Positions 38,737-51,668 of a DNA stretch of 64,000 nt are shown one piece after another. Below the pieces are notes generated by a model. The model was not told where the DNA came from and did not search any database. It saw only the letters and a program-made list of their open reading frames with translations. The position numbers were made by a program, and so were the translations under genes. Positions within the stretch are counted from its first letter, which is position 1. Each line of letters starts with the position of its first letter. Origin of the DNA: Squalus acanthias (Eukaryota); NCBI GenBank assembly GCA_030390025.1, contig CM059431.1, positions 150,662,001 through 150,726,000 of the forward strand, in the 5' to 3' direction.

Positions 38737-41336
38737 GGTCACTGGCAGTAATATCAGTGACTTGTCCTCGCCATTATTGTTAGTGTGGAGTCATCATCAA
38801 TAATCATAGAGTAGGCTCATCAACAGTAATTTCTAGTAGGTTCAACACTGTTAATGTTAGAGTGGAGTCAACACATGTTATGTTAGATGGGTCTCACAAT
38901 CAATAATTTTAGAGTTGAATCTCCACCGGTGATGTTAAAATTGGGCACCACCAGTGATGTTAGAATACAATTAACACCAGTAATATTAGGGTAGTGTAAG
39001 CAGGAACAGTGTCAGATTAGTGTCAGGAACAATAATGCTAGAGTAGGAATAAAGGCCAGTAATGTCAGAGTAAGTTCACCACCGGTGATGTCAGAGTAGG
39101 ATCACCACAAGTATTGTTAGAGTAGAGTCATCACCAGCAATGTTATAGTAGGATCACCTCTAATAATATTAGGTCCGAGTATTGATCAGAACTTGTTATG
39201 TTTTGTTCCAAACAGTAATGTTGCAGTCGGGTGACTACCAGTAACGTTAGATTAGGCTGAAGCCGCAGTGGTGTTAATGCTGAGTCACGATCAGAAATGT
39301 AAGAGTCCGGTCACCACCAGTAACGTTAGAGTAGGGTCACCACCAATAATGTTACAGTAGATTAGCACCAGTATATTTAGAGAATGATAACCACCAGTAA
39401 TGGTAGAGCAGAGTAACCACCAGTAATGTAAAAGCGGAGTAATTAACAGAAAGATTAGAATAGGCTCAGCAACATTAAAATTAGATTAGGTTCACCACCA
39501 GTACTATTAAAGAAGGGTCACTACAAGTAATGTTAGAGTAGGGTCAACACCAGTAATGTTAGAGCAGGTGCACAAAAATAATGTTAGAATAGTGTCACCA
39601 CCAATAATGTTGGAGAATGATTTCCACCAAAAACGTTACAGTAGGGTCACCACCAGTAATCTTAGATTTGATTCACCAGCAGTAATGTTGGAGTAAATTC
39701 ATCAACAGTAATGTTAGAGTAAAATCACACTTCAGTAATGTTAAAGTATAGCCATCACATGTAATGTTAGAGTAGGTTCACCACCAGTAATGTTAGAGTA
39801 GGGTCACTATCAATAATGTTAAAGTAGAGTCACCACCAATAATGTTAGAGTAAGGTCACCACCAGTAATGTTAGAGCAGTGTCACCACCAGAACCGTTAG
39901 AGTTGGGTCACTACCAGTAATGTTGGAGTAGGGTCTCCAACAGTAATCTTACATTTGGGTCACCACCAGTATTGTAAGATAAGCGTCACCACCAACAATG
40001 TTAGAGTGGGATCACCACCAGTAATGGTAAAGTAGGGTCATCACGAGTAATGTTAGAGATTGTTCAACACCATTAATGTTAGATTAGATTCAGAACTTGC
40101 ATTAGAGTAGGGACCCCACCAGTAATATTAGAATAGGTTCACCACTAGTAATTTTATAGTAGCTTCACCACCAGTGATGTTACATTAGATTCATCACTAA
40201 TGTAAGAGTAGGCTCACGACCAGTAATGTTAGAGTAGGTTCACCAGCAGCAAAGTTAGAGTAGATTCACGGACAGTAATGTTAGTGTAGAGTCGCCGCCA
40301 GTAATGTTAGATTCAATTCACCACCAGTAATCTTAGAGTATATTCGCCACCAGTAATTTTAGAATAAGATCACCAGCAGTAATGTTAGAGAAGGGTCACA
40401 ACAAGTAATGTTAGATTAGATTCTCCACTAATGTTAGAGCAGTGTCAACACCAGTATTGTTAGAGTAAGGTCACCACCAGTAAAGTTAGAGTAGATTCAC
40501 CACCAGCAATGATAGAGTAGAATCACATTCCAGAAATGTTAGAATTTAGTCATCACTAGTAATATTACAGTAGAGTCACAATCAGCAATGTTAGTGTAGG
40601 TTCACCAACAGTAATGTTAGAGTAGGGTCACCACCCGTAATGTCAGAGTAGGGTCACCACCAGTAATGTTAGAGTAGGGTCGCCACCAGTAAAGTTTGTG
40701 TAGGGCAACACCAATACTGTTAGAGTAGCGTCACCAACAATAATGTTAGAGTATGGTTACCACCAGTAATGTTACAATAGGGTCACCACCAATAATGTTA
40801 GGTTAGCTTCGCAACCAGTAATGTTAGATTAGCTTCGCCACCAGTAATGATAGTGTAGAGTCACCACCAGTAATGTTAGAGTTGGGCACAACCTATAATG
40901 TTAGAGTAGATTAGCACCAATATAGTTATAGAATGGTAACCAACAGCATTGTAGGTTTGAGAAACCACCAATAATGTTAAAGCAGATTCATCAATAGTAA
41001 GGTTAGAATTGGTTCACCACCATTAATGTTAGAGTAGGTTCACCACCAGTAATGTTAGAGAAGGGTCACCACCAGTAATGTTAGACTAGGATCTCCACCA
41101 GTAATGTTCGATTAGATTCTCCACTAATGTTAGAGTAGAGTCACCACCAGTAATTTTAGAGTAGATTCACCACCATTAATGTTAGAGAAGTGTCACCTCC
41201 AGTAATGTTAGAGTCGAATCACACTCCTGTAATGTTAGAGTATAATCACCACAAGTAATATTATAGTAGAGTCACCAACAGTAGTGTTAGAGCAGGGTCA
41301 CCACCAGTAATGTTAGAGTAGATTCACGACCAGTAA
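38737..41336 (+). repeat. 26-bp minisatellite array, right arm block 1
   Basis: Tandem GTCACCACCAGTAATGTTAGAGTAGR units. Confidence 0.95.
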
Positions 41337-41970
41337 TCCTGTGTCCTCGGCCCAAACATCTTCAGCTGCTTCATCAATGACATTCCCTCCAACATAAGGT
41401 CAGAAATGGGGATGTTCGCTGATGACTGCACAGTGTTCAGCGCCATTCACAACTCCACAGATAATGAAGCAATCCATGCCCTCATGCAAAAGACCTGGAC
41501 GACTTTCAGGCTTCGGCTGATAAGTGGCAGGTAACATTCGCGCCACGGAAGTGCCAGGCAATGACTATCTCCAACAAGCGAAAGTCTAATCACTTCCCCT
41601 TCACATTCAATGGCATTACCATCGCCGAATCCCCCACCATCAACATCCTGGGGGTCACCATTGACCAGAAACTTAAATGAACCAGCTACATAAATACTGT
41701 GGCAACAAGAGCAGGTCAGAGGCTGGGTATTCTGCGGCGAGTGTCTCACCTCCTGACTCTGCAAAGCCTTTCCACCATCTACAAGGCACAAGTAAGGATT
41801 GCGATGGAATACTCTCCACTTGCCTGGATGAGTGCAGCTCCAACAACACTCAAGAAGCTCGACACTATCCAGGACAAAGCAACCCGCTTGATTGGCAACC
41901 CATCCACCACCTTAAACATTCACTCCCTCCAGTACCGGCGTACCGTGGCTGCAGTGTGTATTATCTACAA
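41337..41970 (+). mobile_element. CR1/L2-group LINE 3' fragment, copy 1, 5' half (continues at 51314)
   Basis: VLGPNIFSCFIND..MFADDC and YKAQVRIAMEYSPLAW; nearly colinear with 52691-53672. Confidence 0.88.
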
Positions 41971-43121
41971 CAGCGGTTCCCAACCTTTTCATTTATGTGG
42001 ACCACTACATCGTCATCAATAGCTTTTGCGGACCACAACGTAAGCAAGCCGTTTAAAACATTTTGTGAATAATATCACAACTTACCTCTGGCACTATTAT
42101 TACCCTTCTCTTCACTTGCCATGTTCAATGTGAAGTTGTTCCTCGCCATTCTTTTGCAGTTTTTACACTCTTGTCTTGCCTTCTGGTTTTGAAGTCGCCT
42201 GAATTTTGTGCCCTTTAACGTCATGGCCTTAAATCCCTCTTTCTCTTCTGGATGAATTGTTTACTAGTTCCGTTGGACCAGGCTGTACTGTAATGACGCT
42301 CAGTACCTTTGCTTTGCATGGGTACACGCATGCAGAATCACCTCCTTGAAGGAACTCCATAGAATTACAGCAACAACCCCCGCATCGAGTTTAAACACTA
42401 ACCACATTCTATCTGTCCTGCCTGCCAATACTTCAAACCCTTTTGTTTCGGTGGAACCCATCAGGTCTGTATAAGCTCCCTCTGTTTCGAAAGCTGTAGC
42501 ACTGTTTCATGAAACGAAACCCTGTTTCACTACAGCAAAGGCTCAGCGACGCTTGGTCTGACTAATTCCTCTCTGTCTCTCTTGACTGACACATGACACG
42601 TGTAGTATTTCAGAAAGTGCTACAATTGACACAGTATTGGGGAGTCCAGGACAATCCTGGAGGGGTGTGTAAAACATGTTTTGAAATGAGCTGGAGAGAA
42701 ATGTGAGGTGACGGGTCTCGAGGGGCAGACTGAGGAGAGGGTCTGTACATTGAATGGGGACATGTCAAAAAGAGCCAGAAGGGTTAGGGATTCAGAAACA
42801 CAAATCTCTCCGAAGGGTTACTTCCTCCCCCCCTGTTCCGAATTTTTGCCAGACACTTTTCAGGTTTAACATGGATGGTGTGGGGGGGTGGGGGAGCTGG
42901 GTGGCGGGGGAGACGTGTTCGTGTCGTCACAATCAAACCTCTGCCCGAACCAAACTCCCACAGTCACAGGATTAGAATGGCGGAGGCCGGCAGATTCCCC
43001 TTCACTGTTGGTGCAATCATTCTTTGCACAATTAAGTGCTCTTTTTCTGTTACTTTCGATTTACACTCTCGGATGAGAAGTAAAACTAAAACCGCCCAGC
43101 GCGGGGCTCTAACAATCCGCG

Positions 43122-43195
43122 CAGCTATTCTTACAGTTATTGAGAGCGTGGTGCTAATATCGCTAAGGGCACGGGTTTAATCCCTGGACGGGTCA
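43122..43195 (+). pseudogene. tRNA-Ile(AAT) pseudogene
   Basis: GAGAGCGTGGTGCTAATATCGCTAAGGGCACGGGTTTAATCCCTGGACGGGTCA matches the 3' two-thirds of recalled vertebrate tRNA-Ile(AAT); 5' end degraded. Confidence 0.72.
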
Positions 43196-43833
43196 TCAGC
43201 AGTTTATTTCTTACCTTTTCGGTTTCTCCTGACATTGAAAATCCAGACTTTACAAAAACTCTACACAAACTGTTTGGGGGAAATTATTTTCAATAACATC
43301 CATTTCACCTTTGCACTGGGCGGAGCAACACATCTTTCTGTTTATTTGTCTTTCTTCGGTTTGATGATCAACGTTTAACTCGCGGCCTGTTCCCGTTAAT
43401 GGTCACAAGCAGTAACAGACAGACAGAGCGTGTCTGACCGCCCCGAGATGTGTAAAAGGGATCAGGTTAGGACAAATGCATCAAATCAAATGTTCACCAG
43501 GCACCGAGATAGACAAAAAACACAGAAAGGGGCAGAAGGAGACAGAGAAATAAAAGCTAAATACAGCCAATAGAAATAGTTTTCATCCTTGATGTCTCTC
43601 TCTATTCAAACCCAACCCTTCAGTGGCGGATAAAAGACTTCAGTTTAAATTGGAAAGTTCGAGAAAAGGACCCAAAGAAAGAGACTCAAAATATTTAAAA
43701 GCCGGGGAATCACAACTGTGCTATTTCGACCTCACATCAAAGTGATTTTCGTGTCATTCTTTTAAAGAAACTCTAATTCCTCCTGCTCATTAATCACTTC
43801 GGGGATTGGGTTCCGACCAGATAGATACATATA

Positions 43834-44728
43834 TGGGGGAAAAATTCAGTTGGTTGCACCTCCCGTTAGCGCCTTAAGAGGGCGCTATTGGGGCGCAAAT
43901 CATCTAGCACCCAGGCGCGGCGATGTTTGCGCCGCTCGCGACATTAACTAGACATTTTGCGGCGGCGCTAAACACTACCGCCACGATCTCCTGCGCCGGC
44001 AGATCGTGACGTCAATCGAGTGCGCAACGCCCCGGTATCGCCCCGGAGCAGATATTGAGTGGCGCCCCCTGCCTTACTGCCTGACGCTAGCAACGACATA
44101 TTGAGGGGAGGTTTTTGCAGTCATGAAGGGACTGGGGGAGCGCTATTTAAAGGCGTCCGCTACCTGCCTTTTATTGTTGGTGCCATTTTTGAACCACGCA
44201 TTCTGAGAGAGAGGGAGAGAGACTTCTGGAGAGATTCAACGCTGTGTGAAAGAGTTTTGGGTACTGAGCAGCACTTTGCAGGTTCATTTTGATTTGCCAT
44301 TCCTTGTATCGATTTAGAAGAAACTGTGTGGGCTGCACTCTGAGCTCTTTCACTCGTACTCTCCATTGTTCTTTCCAGCAGATTTGATGTGCAGGTCTCT
44401 CCAGGCCGAGATTAAAGGCTGCAATGAGTAGGATGTGGATGGAAAGCAAGATCAACCATCCCCTTTAAGAACTGGCCCGTGCCATTGTGTGTGTGTCCCA
44501 TTGCTGACCTACATCACATGAGCTTCGCCAGCGCTCTGAGGTAGCGCCTCGCTCCTCGGCCTTTGCGCCTTAAGACAGGTGTGAAGCGCCTGATTTAGCG
44601 CTCCAATCACCTCCAGGGGCGATAAAAGTCAAGTTTGCAGTCGGTGGCGATAATTAGCGGCAGGCGCTAATCTTTGCGCCCGGCCGATAATTGCACCCCA
44701 AAAGGGGCGATGCTGAATTTCTCCCCCA
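43834..44728. mobile_element. GC/CpG-rich non-autonomous DNA transposon (~895 bp)
   Basis: TIRs TGGGGGAAAAATTCAG / CTGAATTTCTCCCCCA, TA on both flanks, internal TAGCGCC/GGCGCTA motifs. Confidence 0.72.
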
Positions 44729-47010
44729 TAGAGTCATAGAGTTGCACAGCGCAGAGAGATGCCCTTCGGCCCATCGTGTCTGCACCGGCCATCAAGCCCT
44801 ATCTATTCTAATCCCATTTTCTAGCACTTGGTCCGTAGCCTTGTATGCTATGGTGTTTCAATTGCTCATCTAAATGTTTATTTAAATGTTGTGAGGGTTC
44901 CTGCCACTTCCACCCTTTCAGGCAGTGAGTTCCAGATTCCAACCAGCCTCTGGGTGAAAAAGATTTTCCTCAAATCCCCTCTAAACCTCCTGCCCTTAGC
45001 TTGAAACTATGCCCCTGGTTATGGACACCTCTACTAAGGGGAAAAGTTCCTTTCTATCTACCGTATCTATGCCCCTCATAATTTTGTACACCTCAATCAG
45101 GTCCCCCCTCAGCCTTCTCTGCTCCAAGGAAAACAACCCCAGTCTGTCCAGTCTCTCTTCATAGCTGAAACGCTACAGCCCAGGTAACATCCTGGCGAAT
45201 CTCCTCTGCACCCTCTCTAATGCAATCACATCCTTCCTATAGTGTGGCGACCAGAACTGCACACAGTATTCCACCTGTGGCTTAACTACCGTTTTGTACA
45301 GCTCCATCATAAAGTCCCTGCTCTTATATTCCATGCCTCGGCTAATGAAGGCAAGTAACCCAGATGCCTTCTTAACCACCTTATCTACCTGTCCTGCTGC
45401 CTTCAGGGATCTATGTACATGCACACCAAGGTCCCTCTGATCCTCTGTCCTTCCTGGGGTTCTACCATTCATAGTTTATTCCCTTGCCTTGTTAGTCCTC
45501 CCAAATGCATCACCTCACACTTTTCAGGTTTAAATTCCATTTGCCACTGTTCTGCCCATCTGACCGACCAACCCGTCTATATCGTCCTCTAGACTGAGGC
45601 TTCCCTCCTCGCTATTTACCACTCCACCAATTTTCGTGTCATCTGCGAACTTACTGATCATACCGCCTACATTCATATCTAAATCATTAAAGTACACTAC
45701 TAACAGCAAAGGACCCAAAACTGATCCCTGCGGTACACCACTGCACACAGGCTTCCAGTCACAAAAACAACCTTCGACCATCACCCTCTGCCTCCTGCCA
45801 CTAAGCCAATTTTGGATCCAATGTGCCAAATTGCCCTGCATACCATGGGCTCTTACCTTCTTGACCAGTTTCCCATGCGGGACATCGTCAAAAGCCTTAC
45901 TGAAGTTCATGTCGACCACAGCAACTGCACTACCCTCATCCACACACCTCGTCACCCCATCGAAAAATTCAATCAAATTGGTCAGACATGATCTCCCCCT
46001 GACAAAGCCATGCTGAATGTTCTTCATTAATCCTTGTCTCTCCAAGTGGACACTAATTTTGCCCCTCAGGCTTCTTTCCAATAATTTCTCTTCCACTGAT
46101 GTTAGGCTCACTGGCCTGTAATTCCTTGGTTTATCCCTACTACCCTTCTTAAATAATGGTACTACGTTAGCTGTCCTCCACTCCTCTGGCACCTCCCCTG
46201 TTGCCAGAGAGGTTGTGAAAATTTGTGTCAGAGCCCCTGAAAACTCCTCCCTTGCCTCACAAAGCAGCCTGAGTTACATCTCGTCTGGGCCTGGGGATTT
46301 ATCCATTTTTAATCCCTCTAAAACCGCTACTACCTCCTCCCTCTCAATGCTAATTTGTTCAAGTATATCACAATCCCCTGCCTGATTTCCATTCCTACAT
46401 CGTCCTTTTCCATAGTGAACACAGATACAAAATATTCATTTAAAACCTCACCTACATCTTCCGGCTCTACACACATATTGCCACTTTGTTCCATAATGGG
46501 CCCTACTCTTTCCCTGGTTATCCTCTTGTCCTTACTATACTTATAAAACACCTTGGGATTTTCCTTTATTTTGCCCGCCAGATTTTTTGTTCATGCCCCT
46601 CTTCACTCTCCAATTTATTTTTTAAGTACCCCTTGCACTTTCTATACTCCTCTAGGGCTTCCACTGTTTTTAGTCCTTTGTATCTGCCAAGAGCTTCCCT
46701 TTTTTTCCCAAACAATTCTTGTATATCCCTTGACATCCAGGGTCCCCTGTCCTTGTTTGTCCCACACTTGACCTTTACGGGAAAATGTTGGCGCTGTACT
46801 CTCTCTATTTCCTTTCTGAATGACTTCCACTGCTCTCATGTGGATTTTCCTAACAGTAGCTGATCCCAGTCCACTTTGACCAGATCCATCCATATCATGT
46901 TAAAATCGGCAATCCCCCAATTTAGAAGCTGTTTTTCCAGTCCATCTTTGTACATTTCCATGACTACCTTAAATCTCACAGAATTATGGTCAACTGTCAC
47001 CAAAATGGTC
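44729..47010 (-). mobile_element. CR1 ORF2 fragment with 3' end
   Basis: 220-aa minus ORF with NYRPVSLTS, GRSCLTNL, GVPQGSVLGP and FADD. Confidence 0.92.
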
Positions 47011-47015
47011 TCCTA

Positions 47016-48277
47016 CATAGAAACATAGAAGGTAGGAGCAGGAGTAGGCCATTCGGCCCCTCGACCCTGTTCTCCATTAATGAGATCATGGCTGATCATG
47101 CAAATTCAGTACCCTATCCCTGCTCTCTCCTGATATCCCTTGATCCCTTTAGCCTTAAGAAATATATCTAAGTCCTTATTGAATGTATTTAATGAGTTGG
47201 CCTCAACTGCCTTCTGTGGTAGTAAATTCCACAGGTTCACCACTCTCTGGATGAAGAAATTCCTCCTCATCTCAGTCCGAAATGGCTTACCCCTTATCCT
47301 TAGACTGTGACCCTTGGTTGTGGGCTCCCCCGCCATCGGGAACAACCTTCCTGCATCTAGTCTGTCAAGTCCTGTTAGAATTTTATAATTTTCAATGCGA
47401 TCCCCTCTTAATCTTCTAAATTCTAGCGAATATAAGCCTAATCGACCCAATCACTCTTCATACGTCATTCCTACCATCCCAGGTATCAGTCTGGTGAATC
47501 TTCGCTGCTCTCCGTCCATGGCAAGAACATCCTTCCTCAGATAAGGCGACCAAAACTGCACACAATACTCAAGGTGTGGTCTCACCAAGGCCCTGTACAA
47601 CTGCAGCAAGACATTCTTGTTCCTCTACTCGAATCCTCTCGCTATGAAGGCCAACATATAATTTTCCTTCACAACAGCCTGCTGCACCTGTATGCTTACC
47701 TTCAGCGACTGGAGCACACGGACACCCAGGTCTCGTTGCACTGCCACTTTTCCTAATCTATTGCCGTTCAGATAATAATCTGTCTTTCTGTTTTTGCACC
47801 AAAGTGGATAACCTCGCATTTATCCACATCGTACTGCATCTGCCATGCATCTGCCCAATCACCCAACCTGTCCAAATCATACTGGAGTTTCTGTGCATCC
47901 TCCTCACAGCACACACGCCCAACCAGCTCTATGTCGTCTGCACACTTGGAAATATTACATCTAGTTCCCTCGTCTAGATCATTAATACATATTGTGAATA
48001 GCTGGGGTCCTAGCACCGATCCCTGCGGTACCCGACTAGTCACTGCCTGCCACTCCGAAAAAGACCCGTTTATTCCAACTTTGCTTCCTGTCTGCCAACC
48101 AGTTCTCTATCCAAGTCAGTACCTTACCCCCAAACCCATGTGCTTTAACTGTGCACGCTAATCTCTTGTGCGGGCCCTTATCGAAAGCCTTCTGAAAGTC
48201 CAAATACACCACATCCACTGATTCTCCGTTATCTATACTACCAGTTACATCCTCAAAAAATTCCAGTAGATTAGTCA
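47016..48277 (-). mobile_element. Second CR1 3' fragment
   Basis: CATAGAAA tail; [21 protein letters not shown] and RLGLYSLEFRR on the minus strand. Confidence 0.92.
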
Positions 48278-48672
48278 CTGATATCTCGGAGCTCAGGTAA
48301 TGTTAATGTTCTGCTGACGTGTTTATAAACATCTAAAGCTGACACACCAGGGGAGACCTCACAGGGTTGTACACGGAGTGACGTATACTGAAGTTTTTAT
48401 AAGAAGTTACAGAGCACAACATGTGTGTGAAATTCCCCGTGGTTTTCTCGGCACTGATGTGTTGTGAAGGGATGAAGACTGGCCCGAAGTCCCACTGAGC
48501 CGCACTGTAGGTGAAATTATATGAAGTTAAACGAGAGAGCGATAAGAGTTCTGAATCATGGAGAGATTTTCTGATATTGTTGTTGAATTTCATTTACATC
48601 AAGCACTCCTTGGACTCTCTGCCGCAGAATTCAGAGCTGGGGATCCACTTTACAATCAGCAGTAAAAATAAC

Positions 48673-48746
48673 CGCCCAGCGTGGGGCTCGAACACACGAC
48701 CCTGAAAAAAATGAGTCTCATGTTCTACCGACTGAGCTAGCCGGTT
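48673..48746 (-). pseudogene. tRNA-Lys(CTT)-derived pseudogene
   Basis: Minus strand ..CCGGCTAGCTCAGTCGGTAGAACATGAGACTCATTTTTTTCAGGGTCGTGTGTTCGAGCCCCACGCTGGGCG; anticodon arm replaced by a T7 run. Confidence 0.85.
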
Positions 48747-49379
48747 CTATCTGCAACAGTTTTCTCTGTCTGTCTTTATCAGTAAATCGACCGGCCAAAG
48801 CCCGATTGAAAGATGGATTCCTCTCACTGACCGATCATAAATCCCAGATCTTTTGTTATTTCACCTTCTAAAATCAGCCATGATCTCATTGAAAGCCGGA
48901 GCAGGCTCGAAGGGCCGAATAGCCAACTCCTGCTCCTATTTCTTATTAAACATTCACATCCATTTTGCTCAGTATTTGTTTCGCTCTCTTTTTTTATTCT
49001 GTTCGTGCTTGATCTTATAAGCGTTTAACTGTAGTTATTTATTAGAAGGAAGAAATGAACAGAAGTGATTAACTGGAATGGTAGCAGGGATGAGGGACTT
49101 CAGTATGTGGGGGATTGGATAAGCTGGGGTTGTTCTCCTTCGAGCAGAGCTTTTGACAGAGGTGTTTAAAATCATGAACGGGTTTGATATCGTAAATGAG
49201 GAGAAACCTTTTTCCAGTGGCTAAAGAGTCGGTGACCAGAGGACACTGATTGAAGGTGATTGGCAGAAGAATCCGAGGCTACATTAGGAATCATTTTTTT
49301 TAACACTGCGAGTTGTTGGGATCTGGAATGTACTGCCTCAATTCACAATTAAACAGATGCGTCCCAATAAATGAATTAT

Positions 49380-50122
49380 TGGCCCAAAAATTAGTGCCGC
49401 TACGCGAGAGTATACACTGTGTACTCTCGCGTATTCTGTCTCCGATTGCCGTTTTTCTGCATGCACTGCGCATGCGCTGAAAACCGGCACTTGGTGAATT
49501 CAAAAGGGGCGGTTCCTAGGTGAACCGCGTGCGCGCTACAGGCTGCGCGCACGCAGTGCACTTAGTGCTTTGGACGCGCAGGTAAGCATGGAAGATTTTA
49601 GACATAAAGAAAGGAGGTGTAAGACCCTCTTTTAACAAGGTAAGTACTTAATTAAGTATTATTTTGAATTTTTTTTAACAGGTATATCTTTTTTAGAGAC
49701 TTTAAAGACAGGTAAGTTTATTTTTATAACTTTTTAAAAGACTTTAAATTTTTTCAAAAATTTAATTTTTTGTTTAAAATGGTTAATTCATTTAACTATA
49801 CTTATTTTATTAATGTGATGGTTTTTTTTAAATTTAATTGAGGTTTAGCTGTTCTTTTGGGGGGGTATAGTATTCATAGCTTTCACAGCCTTGCTGTGAA
49901 AGCTATGAATGAAAGATGGTGTGCTGCCATTGGCTCTAACTGAGTCACGTGATCCCACAGCTCGCACGAATTAACTAGGCCTGTGGGATACGAAAGCCCT
50001 GCACAGCTGCTGTCCAGAACATCAAGTTCGTGCGAGCTCGGACTGAAAAAGCCAGCGCGCAGTGAGAGATCGCGGGAAGGCCTTACCCTCGCACGAAGGC
50101 TCACTCACTAATTTTTGGGCCA
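49380..50122. mobile_element. Non-autonomous DNA transposon (~740 bp) with AT-rich centre
   Basis: Perfect 17-bp TIR TGGCCCAAAAATTAGTG / CACTAATTTTTGGGCCA. Confidence 0.8.
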
Positions 50123-50262
50123 TAAATTCAGATATATCAACAGACACTTGCAACTTGCAGAGATAATAAACATTTACATCGAACACAAGTCATGAATACA
50201 TTTGTATCTAGCGGGAATTTAGCCAGTATATTTACAGCTCTCACAGCTGCTGGGTGGAGCGT

Positions 50263-50324
50263 TCCTTGGTGGGCCAGGGGTTGGAATTCGGTGCAACCAG
50301 AATACGGGTTTGATTTCCTGTCTG
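50263..50324 (+). pseudogene. Degraded tRNA-Glu-like pseudogene
   Basis: TCCTTGGTGGGCCAGGGGTTGGAATTCGGTGC...CGGGTTTGATTTCCTGTC resembles recalled tRNA-Glu; anticodon arm lost; T-run follows. Confidence 0.5.
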
Positions 50325-50602
50325 ATTTTTATAAATCAGTTGTGCAGTTCATTAAATCAATTACATGAACATATAATTAAAGGCAGTATCACGATGAATA
50401 ATTGTTTTAATCGCCATTAATAAACCGGTAACTTTCTGTTGCAGACAAGAGGAAATGTTAGCATGCTGGCCGAATGAGAGTCAGACTTCAGTATGTATTT
50501 GTGATGTGCCTTTATCCGTTCCATCCCAAAGGATTGCAGCACTTTCCAGCCAGAAGCAACCAACCTCTGGGGACCATCAGATAACATTTTGTCATTTAAA
50601 AA

Positions 50603-50676
50603 ATGCCCCGTTGGGCATCGAACACAGGCTCTTCTGTATATTAGACAGGCGCTTTGACCAGCTAAGCCACGGAGCC
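50603..50676 (-). pseudogene. tRNA-Thr(AGT)-type body with AAT at the anticodon position, probable pseudogene
   Basis: Minus strand GGCTCCGTGGCTTAGCTGGTCAAAGCGCCTGTCTAATATACAGAAGAGCCTGTGTTCGATGCCCAACGGGGCA followed by a T-run terminator. Confidence 0.85.
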
Positions 50677-51313
50677 AACTCACGACTGAAAGCTTTCTCC
50701 TCCCCTCTCTGATATCTGGTACCTGTGGTATCGCGTTCCACATTCCAAACACTCTTTGCATAAACAAGTTTTTCCTGAATTCACGACTGGATTTATTACT
50801 GAGGATCTTATAATAATGACATTTAGTTTTACTTAGTATGACACAAGAGGACTGGCGGCTGCGGTTGTATAAAACCCACTGTCAAAGAGCCACACTCCGT
50901 ACATGCACACCTGAGGTTGTATAATAGTGGGGACACTGGTGAAGATTGTTCAATTGAGGGGGCACTAATTGGGTACATATGATAGAGTGGAGCAGTACTT
51001 GCCGTTGTGCGGTAGTGAGGTGGGAAATATTATTGTGAGTTTCTCTGGAGCTGATTTTTCGGCCCAGTTGATTTGCTCCTTCCAGAAAACCAACCCGCCC
51101 TCCATCCACGGCAGGTTTTCACTTCCATCAGCTCATCCCCAAAACCCAGCTTTAAACAGCAATAAAAATAGTGGAACCACACGGCGGGTCATTCAACATC
51201 AGTGGAGACAACAGACACGCTTATTTTAGGGGTTTGGAACTTTTTTTCACGGACCACCTGCAGTACCCTCGTGGACCACTGGTGGGCCGCGGACCACAGA
51301 TCGGGAACCACTG

Positions 51314-51668
51314 ATCTACAAGATGCACTGCAGCAACTCGCCAAGGCTTCTTCGGCAGCACCTCCCAAACCCGCTACCTCTTCCACCTAGAAGGACAAGG
51401 GCAGCAGGCGAATGGAAACACCACCACCTCCGAGTTCCCCTCCAAGTCACACACCATCCTGACTTAGAAGTATATCGCAGATCCTTCATCGTGGCTGGGT
51501 CAAAATCCTGGAACTCCCTACCTAACAGCACTGTGGGAGTGCCATCACCACGGACTGCAGCGGTTCAAGAAGACGGCTCACCACAACCTTCTGAAGGGCA
51601 ACTAGGGATGGGCAATTAATTCTGGAATTGCCAGTGACGCCCTGGTCCCATAAAGGAATAAAAACAAA
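51314..51668 (+). mobile_element. CR1/L2-group LINE copy 1, 3' half
   Basis: Resumes IYKMHCSNSPRLLRQHLPNP; A-rich tail. Confidence 0.88.

Larger units (their letters stand above)
41971..51313. mobile_element. Non-autonomous hAT (Charlie/Buster-type) element, 9.3 kb, with internal cargo
   Basis: TIRs CAGCGGTTCCCAACCT / AGATCGGGAACCACTG; 8-bp TSD ATCTACAA (41963-41970, 51314-51321); subterminal GGACCAC repeats at both ends; host LINE rejoins seamlessly. Confidence 0.9.

Noticed and set aside
42080..42360. Possible minus-strand exon or transposase remnant near the left hAT end
   Set aside because: A GTAAG donor-like motif is present, but translation gave stops and no BED-finger, DDE or hAT dimerisation motifs.
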